Source: Candidatus Omnitrophota bacterium (GTDB lineage Bacteria; Omnitrophota; Gorgyraeia; Zapsychrales; Fredricksoniimonadaceae). Taken from it: a stretch of 64,000 bases of DNA. The DNA lies in assembly GCA_903901225.1 (NCBI GenBank), contig CAIUQE010000019.1, forward strand, positions 1,146-65,145. The letters are read 5' to 3'. A program made the position numbers and the translations under genes. This document shows, one piece after another, positions 27,256 through 35,954 of the stretch (position 1 is its first letter; every line of letters begins with the position of its first letter). The notes below the pieces were generated by a model. That model worked only from the letters and a program-made list of their open reading frames with translations. It made no database searches and was not told where the DNA came from.

Positions 27256-30200
27256 ATGAAATTGGACGTGAAGCGAATTCTACATGGAATTCTTGCGGGC
27301 ATTTTGATCCTGGCATTCATTGTGCCGGATCTGCGGGTCTATGCGCAGGGAGTTATTTCTTTGCCGGAACCGGGCGTTGGATTCGCGCTGAGCCCGGCAT
27401 TTTCACCCGTGCTCCTTAAGGGCATCAAGGTCCGCTTGAACGACCCTTTCCGTTTTGATTTCATCCTGGACAAAGGCGATGGCACGGCCACGGCGGCGCA
27501 GATCAAGGCCGACGCCACCCGCCTGATCAAATACTTTCTCGCCTCCCTGACGATCCCGGAAAGCGACCTCTGGGTCAACCTTTCACCCTATGAAAAAGAC
27601 CGTATCATCCCCGACGCTTTTGGCCAGACGGGGATGGGGCGCGACCTGCTTGTCCTGGATTATCTCCTCAAAAAAACAATGGCCATGCTCCTGCACCCGG
27701 ATGGTGCGGTGGGAAAGAAATTCTGGGAGAAACTCTACGCCCGGGCCTACGAGGTCTACGGGACCACCGACATTCCCATTGACACCTTCAATAAGGTCTG
27801 GATCACCACGGACAGCGCCGAGATCTACGCGCGGTCGAAAGATGAAGGCACGCCGGTCCAGGCCGCCGTGGCTTTCGTGACCGCAACCCATCTGAAGGTC
27901 ATGCTGGAGAGTGATTACGTAGCCCTGTCCCATCAGAGGGACAGGGCGGATTCCTCTGCTCCTGCCGAGGACGTAGCCCTGTCCCGTACAACCCAAGGTG
28001 CTGACGCCATGAGCGTAGGGGAGGACTTTATGTCCTCCCGCCATGATCTCGAAAAGAATGTTCTTCGCGAGATCATCATCCCCGTCCTCGAAAAGGAAGT
28101 GAACGAGGGCCGGGATTTCAGCCAGCTGCGGCAGATCTATACCAGCCTTGTGCTGGCGACATGGTACAAGAAGGAGTTGACGAACGCCCTTGTGACCAGG
28201 GTCTACGCGGACCAGGGCAAGGTGGCCGGGATCACGCACCATGATCCCGGGATGCAGCAAAGAATATGGGACAGCTATGCCGAAACCTTCCGCAAAGGGG
28301 TGTATAACCTGATCCGGGAAGAGGTCGATCCGGCTTCTGGGGAAACCATTCCCCGGAAATATTTCTCCGGCGGGGTGGTCCTGCATGGCGATTATGCAAC
28401 GACACAAGAAAGGCCTTCGGCGGAAGGTCCTGGAGATTACGCGGCAATGACAGTGGACCTGGCGCAGGACACTACAGGGGAAGCAACGACACTCAATGAT
28501 ATCCTTGGCCCTTCCGCTGAACAGGCGGTCATGGCAAAATATTTCAGCCGGGGGAAACTTCCCAGTCATGTCAGGAAATTCTTGTCCGGCAGGAATGAGC
28601 TGGTCCGGGACAATAATACGAAAGAATTTGTCCGACGGTTGATGGATATCATGGAGACCGTTGGGCCCGATGTCGGGAACATGATCATAGACTTCATGCG
28701 GGGAGAGCTCGGCGGGAAATTTCTTCTCAAGGATTTGGTTGACCCGGGAGTTCTGTCGGTGTTGTTTCGCGGGGATAAGGATACGCAGGCGTTGCTGGAG
28801 ATGGCTGTGGAGGAGAATGACCCGCGTTACATTGGTTCAGCGCTGGCGGATTTTTTTAAGAAAGAGTTTGATCAGGAAGATGACTTTCAGACTGTCACCA
28901 GGGCGGCGCTCCTGTTGCGTTGCCTTTATGGTTTTCCCCAGGAACGGGTCCCGTTGGTATACCTTACGGCCCTTGAAACTTCCGGGATCCTTGAGCTGTT
29001 CCGGTATGTTCACCGTAATCCGGCATTAAAAGGACAGTATTCATTTCTTACTCCGGGGAATCCGATTGTTACGGCGATCCTGGAGAATAACGGGCCGGAG
29101 CTTGTGCGTTTGATCAATGAGATCCCCTGCCCGCCGGCAAAAAAAGCGGGGCTGTTGTTGCCGATAAAAAAGATGCTCGCGCACTACGGTTATCCTCTCG
29201 TTGCCATTGACGTCGGGAGCGCCGCGGATAACACGCTGCCGGCGTCTGACCCCCTTCCCATAAACATTTCCCTTCACGGTCAATTGTCCGCGATGGAGGA
29301 CATATTATCGGATACGGGCGCCGACCAGGCGTTGGTTTTGAAAGCAGTATTAAAGATCCTGGAAGATGTTAAGGAAACCCTGTCCCATGATCCGCATATT
29401 TATAAGGAATTGGTTGCCAGCTTCCAGGATGAATTGGTCAAAGCCCGAAGCAGTTACCTCCAGCAGCTAGCCATACAACACAAGGATAATGAGGATGCCC
29501 TTTTCGTTGCCGTGACGCAGGCAGAAACAGCCATGTTGCTGGGCTTTGATGAGACCGACATCGTTATTTTGAAAGCGTTCCATTTCTTGAAAAGGAATAA
29601 AACGAATCCGACCATGGAAAGGATCATCAAACACCTCAAAGAGGCGTCATCTGAGATCGATACAGCGACCCTGGAAAAGATATCTATCTTGAAGGATTTT
29701 TTCACCGGGATGATCGCTCTTGATCTTCAGGAAGAACATGTCATTTATGCCAAAGAGGCCAGGACGCTCAGGGATTTTGATATCGACCAGTTTTACCGGA
29801 ACAACATCGAGCATGGCTTTCAGGACCTGGTGATCGCCATGATGGAAGAAACAGGTGCTGACAAAGAGAGTGTGCAGAATTATTTGACAAGTAAAAAGAT
29901 ATTTCCCAACGGGCAGATGGCATTGCTTAATGTTAATGAGTATCCTGTTTTGAGAATAAATAGCAGCTTTGTCAATGAGAGGCTTTTGAAAATAATGACT
30001 CGGGATGTCAAGGATGCAATCAGGAAGATCCTGGATGGCGTGGCTGATGGCAATCAACATATCCCTTTTATTTATCGAACCACACTGGGTAACCAAAAGA
30101 ATTTTTCCATTTATGTCAGGATCAATGGAGTGATCGGGAACAATGAGTTAAGACATGCGGGGCTGGCTGACATTGAAATTAAAGACTTGTTGAATGCTTT

Positions 30201-30585
30201 GGCTAATAAAGAAAACAGCCTGATCTCGGCATTGAATACACAGGCCAGGTACACATTTCGGTCAGGAGATATAACAAAATTCTCCACCGTTATAAAAAAG
30301 ATCATACCTCTGCCGCAGGTTCAAGAAAATGTAATAAATCTCATTAAAACATCCCTGCATAACAGGGAGGTTGTTATCGTTGCCTTTGGAGCAAGGGCCA
30401 AGTTCAAAATGCGATCAGACACCAACTCAATGTTGCACGACTTTGAGCAGCATTTGAATAATGTTTCCACAGGTACTATTGAGCCTCTTCCTGTTTATGC
30501 CGATCAGGCCATGTCTCTTGAGAAAGATCTCGGCGGTATTGACCTTGATCCCGCCGCTGCTCAAAGGCATCAAGGTTTATCGTAA
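27256..30585 (+). CDS. Giant paralog-family protein P2 (about 1110 aa from ATG 27256), C-tail truncated at fusion junction
   Basis: RBS aaggcggag precedes ATG 27256. Signal peptide ...RVYAQ|GVISLPEPG. N-domain LLKGIKVRLNDPFRFDFILDKGDG...DLWVNLSPYEKDRI...PRKYFSGG. Ends GGIDLDPAAAQRHQGLS*, where the tail motif GGIDL-P runs into nucleotides encoding the next paralog's N-domain. The track ORF starts at 27055 inside comEC. Confidence 0.75.
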   Translation: MKLDVKRILHGILAGILILAFIVPDLRVYAQGVISLPEPGVGFALSPAFSPVLLKGIKVRLNDPFRFDFILDKGDGTATAAQIKADATRLIKYFLASLTIPESDLWVNLSPYEKDRIIPDAFGQTGMGRDLLVLDYLLKKTMAMLLHPDGAVGKKFWEKLYARAYEVYGTTDIPIDTFNKVWITTDSAEIYARSKDEGTPVQAAVAFVTATHLKVMLESDYVALSHQRDRADSSAPAEDVALSRTTQGADAMSVGEDFMSSRHDLEKNVLREIIIPVLEKEVNEGRDFSQLRQIYTSLVLATWYKKELTNALVTRVYADQGKVAGITHHDPGMQQRIWDSYAETFRKGVYNLIREEVDPASGETIPRKYFSGGVVLHGDYATTQERPSAEGPGDYAAMTVDLAQDTTGEATTLNDILGPSAEQAVMAKYFSRGKLPSHVRKFLSGRNELVRDNNTKEFVRRLMDIMETVGPDVGNMIIDFMRGELGGKFLLKDLVDPGVLSVLFRGDKDTQALLEMAVEENDPRYIGSALADFFKKEFDQEDDFQTVTRAALLLRCLYGFPQERVPLVYLTALETSGILELFRYVHRNPALKGQYSFLTPGNPIVTAILENNGPELVRLINEIPCPPAKKAGLLLPIKKMLAHYGYPLVAIDVGSAADNTLPASDPLPINISLHGQLSAMEDILSDTGADQALVLKAVLKILEDVKETLSHDPHIYKELVASFQDELVKARSSYLQQLAIQHKDNEDALFVAVTQAETAMLLGFDETDIVILKAFHFLKRNKTNPTMERIIKHLKEASSEIDTATLEKISILKDFFTGMIALDLQEEHVIYAKEARTLRDFDIDQFYRNNIEHGFQDLVIAMMEETGADKESVQNYLTSKKIFPNGQMALLNVNEYPVLRINSSFVNERLLKIMTRDVKDAIRKILDGVADGNQHIPFIYRTTLGNQKNFSIYVRINGVIGNNELRHAGLADIEIKDLLNALANKENSLISALNTQARYTFRSGDITKFSTVIKKIIPLPQVQENVINLIKTSLHNREVVIVAFGARAKFKMRSDTNSMLHDFEQHLNNVSTGTIEPLPVYADQAMSLEKDLGGIDLDPAAAQRHQGLS

Positions 30586-33500
30586 TGACCCGTTCCGGTT
30601 TGATTTCATCCTCGACAAAGGTGATGGCAAGGCCGTGGAGGCGCAGACAAAAACGGATGCCACCCGGTTGATCAAATATTTCCTTGCGTCGCTGACGGTT
30701 CCCGAGAAAGACCTGTGGGTCAACCTCTCGCCCTATGAAAAAGACCGCATCGTGCCCGAAGCCTTCGGGAAGACCGAGATGGGCCGTGATCTTCTCGCGC
30801 AGGATTACATCCTCAAGCAAATAACAGCATCGCTCATTTACCCCGATGAAAAGACCGGCAAGGAATTCTGGGCCAAAGTTTACGCCGAAGCACAGCGTCG
30901 TTACGGCACAACGGACATCCCGGTCGACACCTTCAACAAGGTCTGGATCATCCCCGAAAAAGCCACCGTCTACGAACACAAAGACGCCGTATATGTGGTT
31001 GAGAGCCGATTGAAAGTCATGTTGGAAACGGATTATATTGCGATGACGCGGGCGGACACAAGGTCCGCCCCTACAACGCAAGGTGTTGACTTCGTGAGCG
31101 TAGGGGAGGACCTTGTGTCCTCCCGCCATGAGCTCGCCAAGAATGTTCTGCGCGAGATCATCATCCCCGCCCTTGAAAAAGAAGTCAACGAAGGCCAAAA
31201 CTTCGCCACGCTGCGCCAGGTCTACAATTCCCTGATTCTAGCCACCTGGTACAAGCGCAAGGTCAAGGCCGGCATCCTTGGCCAGGCGTATGTCGACAAA
31301 AAGAAGACGGGCGGCATCGACATCAAGGACAAGAACGAAAAGGAAAAGATCTGGGCCCAGTACGTCGAGGCGTTCAGGAGGGGGGCGTATAACCTTATCA
31401 GGGAAGAATACGACTCGACGACCAGATCCACTACTCCGAGAAAATATTTCGCGGGAGGATTGGCCTTGAGTGTGGACGCCGCGATGGATATTACGTCAGA
31501 TGCGGCAAGCGTGGCAAGTATGCCTGGTGATAGATTTGAAATCATCATTTCGTCTCTTTTATCGGTCGACAGGGCGATGTCTGAGAGGGATAGTCACGTG
31601 CCGCCTACTGTTGAAATGGTAAACCGGATAAATAATCTTGTTGAAGCGCTTGGCAGTCCAGACGGGCTGGTGCGTGCGCATGCGGCTAAAGAGCTTCTTA
31701 AGATGGATGAAAAGGGAGTGAGGCAGTCGTTATTTGAAAATGGTTACTGGTCTGAAAAAGAGTCAATGTCAGGCAAGTTCAGAGCGTTGATCTTGAAAAA
31801 AGTACCGGCATGGAAGTTGGTGCTGGAGGCGTTCAACACACTGAATGTTTTTGATGGTTATGAAAAGATAGACATGCGTAATAATCCTGCAAGATATCTG
31901 GCCCTGGGCATGGAGGTCATGTTTTGGCCAAAAAGGTATTCATTTTATTCTTGGTGGAATTTTTCAACATATCTTTTAGCGATGAAGGATTATGACCAGT
32001 TTATCGATTATGTGGCTTTTAGTCCGGCCAAAGTGTTCAGCACGGAGTCGATCTTATCAGAAGTCAGAAGCACCCAAAGTTATTCGCAAAAGAAGTTCTT
32101 CCTGGATGTTTTGATCCGCCGGAAAGAGCCGAAAGCAGTTGAACTGTCTTGGGCATGGATCGGAAGAAAGGGGACTGTTAATGATTTTCACAGCGCTTTG
32201 CAGGATTCAATTGAAGGATATTTGAAGGACGCGGACCCAAAATTTGTTTCAGCAGCATTTTTCTCCCGTGAGGCCAGGAAAGGTCCTGGCAAGCTGGCGA
32301 TAGATTATTTGAATATTTTCCCGACGGCTTCGGCGCTTAAAGATGATGTGAGCATCATGTCGACATCCAGCTGCCCTTTCAACTGCAGGATGTGCGTTGC
32401 CAAGAAAATCCGCAGGGAGCGCAACCCTGATGTCCCTAAAGCAGAATTGTTCAGGCGGATCGATCAGGTCAGGGGCGCCTCGAGGATCCGGTTCGTTGGA
32501 CCCGGTGAAACGACAGCTTATGGAAAACAGGATTTATCGGAACCTGGATTTTCCAGGGACTTTATTGATGTGCTCAAGTATGCGTCCGAAGCTGCTGATG
32601 AGATCTATGTTGTGACCAACGGCCTTTTAATCCCCGCCGACATGGATCAAGCCAGAAGTCTGCTGGGAAATCTTCCCAATAACATTGTTTGGATCCTTTC
32701 AGTTGATGAGCAACACGCGGCAGAAATGGCAAGAGTTCAGGACGGCAAGAAACTTACAGATCTGGTGATGGTGTTCGAAGGATTGCATAATGAGGATCAT
32801 ATTAAGGCAGGATATTTTGTGGCGGCCACCTTTTCCGACCAATCGAAAGTTACAAGACAGTTTGGATTGAGGGATGCCGAGAAAGAGCACCGGGTTACAG
32901 CTTTTCCGATCATAGAACAAGGTGTCGCCGCAGAAGCGATGAAGGGTGAAGTTTCGTACAGGGACCCTGGCCATTACAATGATCACTCAAAGGAGGAGGG
33001 CAGGACAGACCTGTACATTGATATGGATGGCTTCGTTGTGGGTTCAAACCATGTCGCTTTCATGACTTCCGGGGAAAGAAAGACTATTCGCACGTTCAAT
33101 ATTTTTGGGAATGTTCAGGAGCAGCCCTTATCCGATTTTATGCTTATAAAATACAAGACAAGGGCGATATGGAACGACTATGGCAGTGAAAAAGAATTTT
33201 TTGAATGCTGTAAATATCTTCTCAAGGCGATCGCGTTGTATTTAGATGGTAATGAAAAAGAACTGCAAGGACAATTGACCATCATAAGGGCCATGCCAAT
33301 GAATTTGAGAAAGAAGGTTGTCGAAAAGTTACATGGGAATTTTGAATGGATAGATCTGAGGGAACGTGTATTACTTGGTATTTGGTTTAGCCGCTATTTA
33401 CCGGATTGGTGGGAGCTTATCCTAAAGAAAGACAAGGTCCATTACTTTGGCAACTTGACGCAGCTTTTTTCTTCCAAAGGTACTCAGACGGGAGATAATG

Positions 33501-33697
33501 CCGAGGTTGCACAAAACGGCGGTATCGACCTCAACCCCTCTAAAATTGACATGGCCACGAAGAACAGCGGCGCGCCGATCGATCTCAACCTCGACCCCGC
33601 GATGCTCTGGCGTATGCAGGATGCTTCCGGCGTCACACCTGTCATTGTCGGCATCCATGCTCTTGGAAGCCTGCGGCAGTTCCTCGAAATTCCGTAG
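30461..33697 (+). CDS. Giant paralog-family protein P3 (N-domain, radical-SAM-like payload, C-tail), lacking its own start and signal peptide; possible pseudogene or frameshift fusion with P2
   Basis: From about 30557 the frame encodes IPPLLKGIKVYRNDPFRFDFILDKGDG...DLWVNLSPYEKDRI...PRKYFAGG, about 80% nucleotide identity to P2 27414 onward. Payload has CPFNCRMC, FVGPGETTAYG, VVTNG and ILSVDEQ (radical SAM core). C-tail GGIDLNP...LDPAML...GVTPVIVGI...FLEIP. The frame is +1 relative to P2. The 5' part of the track ORF reads through the P2 3' end. Confidence 0.6.
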   Translation: MFPQVLLSLFLFMPIRPCLLRKISAVLTLIPPLLKGIKVYRNDPFRFDFILDKGDGKAVEAQTKTDATRLIKYFLASLTVPEKDLWVNLSPYEKDRIVPEAFGKTEMGRDLLAQDYILKQITASLIYPDEKTGKEFWAKVYAEAQRRYGTTDIPVDTFNKVWIIPEKATVYEHKDAVYVVESRLKVMLETDYIAMTRADTRSAPTTQGVDFVSVGEDLVSSRHELAKNVLREIIIPALEKEVNEGQNFATLRQVYNSLILATWYKRKVKAGILGQAYVDKKKTGGIDIKDKNEKEKIWAQYVEAFRRGAYNLIREEYDSTTRSTTPRKYFAGGLALSVDAAMDITSDAASVASMPGDRFEIIISSLLSVDRAMSERDSHVPPTVEMVNRINNLVEALGSPDGLVRAHAAKELLKMDEKGVRQSLFENGYWSEKESMSGKFRALILKKVPAWKLVLEAFNTLNVFDGYEKIDMRNNPARYLALGMEVMFWPKRYSFYSWWNFSTYLLAMKDYDQFIDYVAFSPAKVFSTESILSEVRSTQSYSQKKFFLDVLIRRKEPKAVELSWAWIGRKGTVNDFHSALQDSIEGYLKDADPKFVSAAFFSREARKGPGKLAIDYLNIFPTASALKDDVSIMSTSSCPFNCRMCVAKKIRRERNPDVPKAELFRRIDQVRGASRIRFVGPGETTAYGKQDLSEPGFSRDFIDVLKYASEAADEIYVVTNGLLIPADMDQARSLLGNLPNNIVWILSVDEQHAAEMARVQDGKKLTDLVMVFEGLHNEDHIKAGYFVAATFSDQSKVTRQFGLRDAEKEHRVTAFPIIEQGVAAEAMKGEVSYRDPGHYNDHSKEEGRTDLYIDMDGFVVGSNHVAFMTSGERKTIRTFNIFGNVQEQPLSDFMLIKYKTRAIWNDYGSEKEFFECCKYLLKAIALYLDGNEKELQGQLTIIRAMPMNLRKKVVEKLHGNFEWIDLRERVLLGIWFSRYLPDWWELILKKDKVHYFGNLTQLFSSKGTQTGDNAEVAQNGGIDLNPSKIDMATKNSGAPIDLNLDPAMLWRMQDASGVTPVIVGIHALGSLRQFLEIP

Positions 33698-33739
33698 TGA
33701 GATATCTCAAGACAGAGTATTTTCGATCCTCCGCCTTCA

Positions 33740-33768
33740 TTGACAAACATTTCCCCCTGTGATACATT
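33740..33768 (+). promoter_or_regulatory. Sigma70-like promoter (TTGACA-17-TACATT) upstream of the BamD-like gene
   Basis: TTGACA at 33740-45, a 17-nt spacer, then TACATT at 33763-68. It sits about 19 nt upstream of the start codon. Confidence 0.4.
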
Positions 33769-33786
33769 GGGCGCACTGTGTTTTAT

Positions 33787-34749
33787 ATGAAAATCAGGCC
33801 TACTCTTATAGCTCTTGTTGTCGTCGCCTCCGCCATGGCCATGGCCGCGCCGGCCCATGCCTTCTGGATCTGGACGCCGGAAAGTGGCAAGTGGGTCAAT
33901 CCCAAATACTCCGTTAAGCCTTCGCCGCAGGAACAGCTGGCCTACGCCGATACTTTTTTTCAGGCGGGCAAGTACCCGGAGGCGATGCGCGAATACAAGA
34001 AACTTTTGAAGCATTATCCCAAGGCCCGCGAGGCCGCTGAGGCGCAGTTCAATATGGGCCGCGCCTGGGAGGACCTGAAGAAATTCTGGCGCGCCGTTGA
34101 AGAATACCAGAAGGTCGTGGATCGTTATCCTTTCAGCGACCTTGGCCCCAAGGTCGTGGAGCGGCAGTACGCCATCGCGGACCTTTTTCTCGAGGGTAAG
34201 GCCAAGGACCATGAGTTCGCCCAGTCATTGCTGGGGACGGATTATCAGGTCCCCGAGGTTTTCCTGAAAGTCATCAAGAACGACCCTTATGGTCCGCTCG
34301 CGCCTGTGTCCCAATACAAGATCGGTCTTTTTTACCTGGCCAAGCGTGATTACCAGCAGGCCCGTGACGCTTTTGAGAAGACGGTCAACGATTATCCGGA
34401 TTCCAAGTGGGCGGAAGCGGCGCGTTACCAGATCGCGGTCGCGGACGCCAAGCGCTCAGTCGGGGCCCAGTATGACCAAAAAACAACGAATATCGCCGTC
34501 CAGGGGTTTGAGGATTACGTGAAGCTGAACCCTGAATCCGACCTTTCCGCCTCCGCCAAGGAACAGATCAACAAATTACGGGAGAAGGAAGCGGAAAATA
34601 ATTTTGTGGTCGGTGAGTATTACGCGAAAATGAAGAGGTACAATTCCGCCAGGATATACTGGCAGACCGTCGTCGACAAGTATGCTGACACGCCCTGGGC
34701 CGCCAAAGCCTCCGCGCAGCTCAAGGCCATTGCGGGTAAAGCTTCATGA
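33787..34749 (+). CDS. TPR-repeat outer membrane assembly protein, BamD/YfiO-like
   Basis: Signal peptide MKIRPTLIALVVVASAMAMAAPAHA. Multiple TPR-like helices. C-terminal YYAKMKRYNSARIYWQTVVDKY. Followed by lptE. The track start at 33778 is a GTG. Confidence 0.5.
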   Translation: MKIRPTLIALVVVASAMAMAAPAHAFWIWTPESGKWVNPKYSVKPSPQEQLAYADTFFQAGKYPEAMREYKKLLKHYPKAREAAEAQFNMGRAWEDLKKFWRAVEEYQKVVDRYPFSDLGPKVVERQYAIADLFLEGKAKDHEFAQSLLGTDYQVPEVFLKVIKNDPYGPLAPVSQYKIGLFYLAKRDYQQARDAFEKTVNDYPDSKWAEAARYQIAVADAKRSVGAQYDQKTTNIAVQGFEDYVKLNPESDLSASAKEQINKLREKEAENNFVVGEYYAKMKRYNSARIYWQTVVDKYADTPWAAKASAQLKAIAGKAS

Positions 34750-35264
34750 AGAAAGCGGTCCTTCTAGTCCTGGTCCTGTTGCTGGCCGGCTGCGGTTATA
34801 GCACCAGATCCCTCCTGCCGAGCCGTTTCCGCACGATCTATATCGAGCCTTTTGAGAACAAGGTCGATTACATGAACACCACCGAGCGCAAACTTTATAT
34901 TCCCGGCATGGAAACGCGCGTGCGCGAGGCCGTGGTGGACCGCTACCTCTTCGATGGCAACCTGCGCATCGGCAACAAGGATACGGCGGACCTTGTGCTC
35001 AAGGGGCAGTTGCTGAGCTTTGAGCGCGAGCAGCTCAGCCTCCAGCCGAACGAATCTGTCCAGGAATACCGGCTTCGCGTGACCGTTGCGCTTGAGCTTG
35101 TTGATTCTGTTGAAAAGCAGCCGATGTGGAAAGAAACTGCTTTCGCGGGTGAGGCCACATATTATACGGTTGGTCCTTTGGCCAAACCTGAAGCCCAGGC
35201 GATCGACGAAGCCATCAAAGACCTGGCCTTGCGCGTGGTCGCCCGTACCGTTGAAGCCTGGTAA
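34746..35264 (+). CDS. lptE: LPS-assembly lipoprotein LptE-like
   Basis: Lipobox LLLAGC|GY. IYIEPFENK... matches the LptE/RlpB pattern. Overlaps the upstream gene by 4 bp. Confidence 0.6.
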   Translation: MKKAVLLVLVLLLAGCGYSTRSLLPSRFRTIYIEPFENKVDYMNTTERKLYIPGMETRVREAVVDRYLFDGNLRIGNKDTADLVLKGQLLSFEREQLSLQPNESVQEYRLRVTVALELVDSVEKQPMWKETAFAGEATYYTVGPLAKPEAQAIDEAIKDLALRVVARTVEAW

Positions 35265-35300
35265 GGCCAGCTTCTCCCAACCCCGGCCTGATATTGAAAC

Positions 35301-35954
35301 ATGCCCCTGCATCAGCTCATCCTTGGTCCTGATGTCCCCTTGCGCGACAAAGCCCTTCGCGTCCTGAAAGCCCGTTTTCTTAAAACTCCCGAGGCCTTGA
35401 AGTTCGACCTGAATTATCTCGACGCGCAGGACCTTGCGTTCCAGGACCTCAAGGCCGCTTTGTTGACACTGCCGGCGGTGGCGGAGAGGCGGGTCGTTTT
35501 TGTCAGCCGCGCGGAGAAGCTTGACGAACAGCAGCTTGAACTCATCGAGCAGGTGATCGACCGTGACGCTTTGGGCTGCGTCATCGTGCTTGAGGCGGCG
35601 CAATGGGACAAGAGGGTCCCGGCGCGCAAGCGCCTCGCGGCCAAGCTGGAGGTTTCCGGTGGTGAACCAAAGCTCACGGCCTTTGACTTGTTTCGGGACT
35701 TGCCCCGTGACCGCGCGGGCATGCTCGCGCGGCTTGGGGAACTTTTAGAGGATGAGGCGGTGGAGAATATTTTGGGCGCCTTGCGGTGGTGGTGGTGCCA
35801 TGAGATGAAAAGGTCGATCGCGGCGGTAAAATATAAAAAAGGCCTCCTGGTCATCCAGGAGGCCGATCAGAGGATCAAGTTAAGCGGCCTGCTCTCGCGG
35901 GAGCAGTCGATCGAAGTGGCTCTGGTCAAGCTTTCTTCGTTGATAAAAGCTTAG
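35301..35954 (+). CDS. holA: DNA polymerase III delta subunit-like (HolA), short
   Basis: LILGPDVPLRDKALRVLKARFL...AERRVVFVSRAEKLDEQQLELIEQVI resembles HolA but is only 217 aa. Followed convergently by rpsT, as in many genomes. Confidence 0.5.
   Translation: MPLHQLILGPDVPLRDKALRVLKARFLKTPEALKFDLNYLDAQDLAFQDLKAALLTLPAVAERRVVFVSRAEKLDEQQLELIEQVIDRDALGCVIVLEAAQWDKRVPARKRLAAKLEVSGGEPKLTAFDLFRDLPRDRAGMLARLGELLEDEAVENILGALRWWWCHEMKRSIAAVKYKKGLLVIQEADQRIKLSGLLSREQSIEVALVKLSSLIKA

Noticed and set aside
27256-33697. Treating P2 plus P3 as one continuous 2150-aa gene with an internal repeat
   Set aside because: The two parts are in different frames, +1 at the junction, with a stop 10 codons after the shift. 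They are reported separately, with the junction flagged as a finding.
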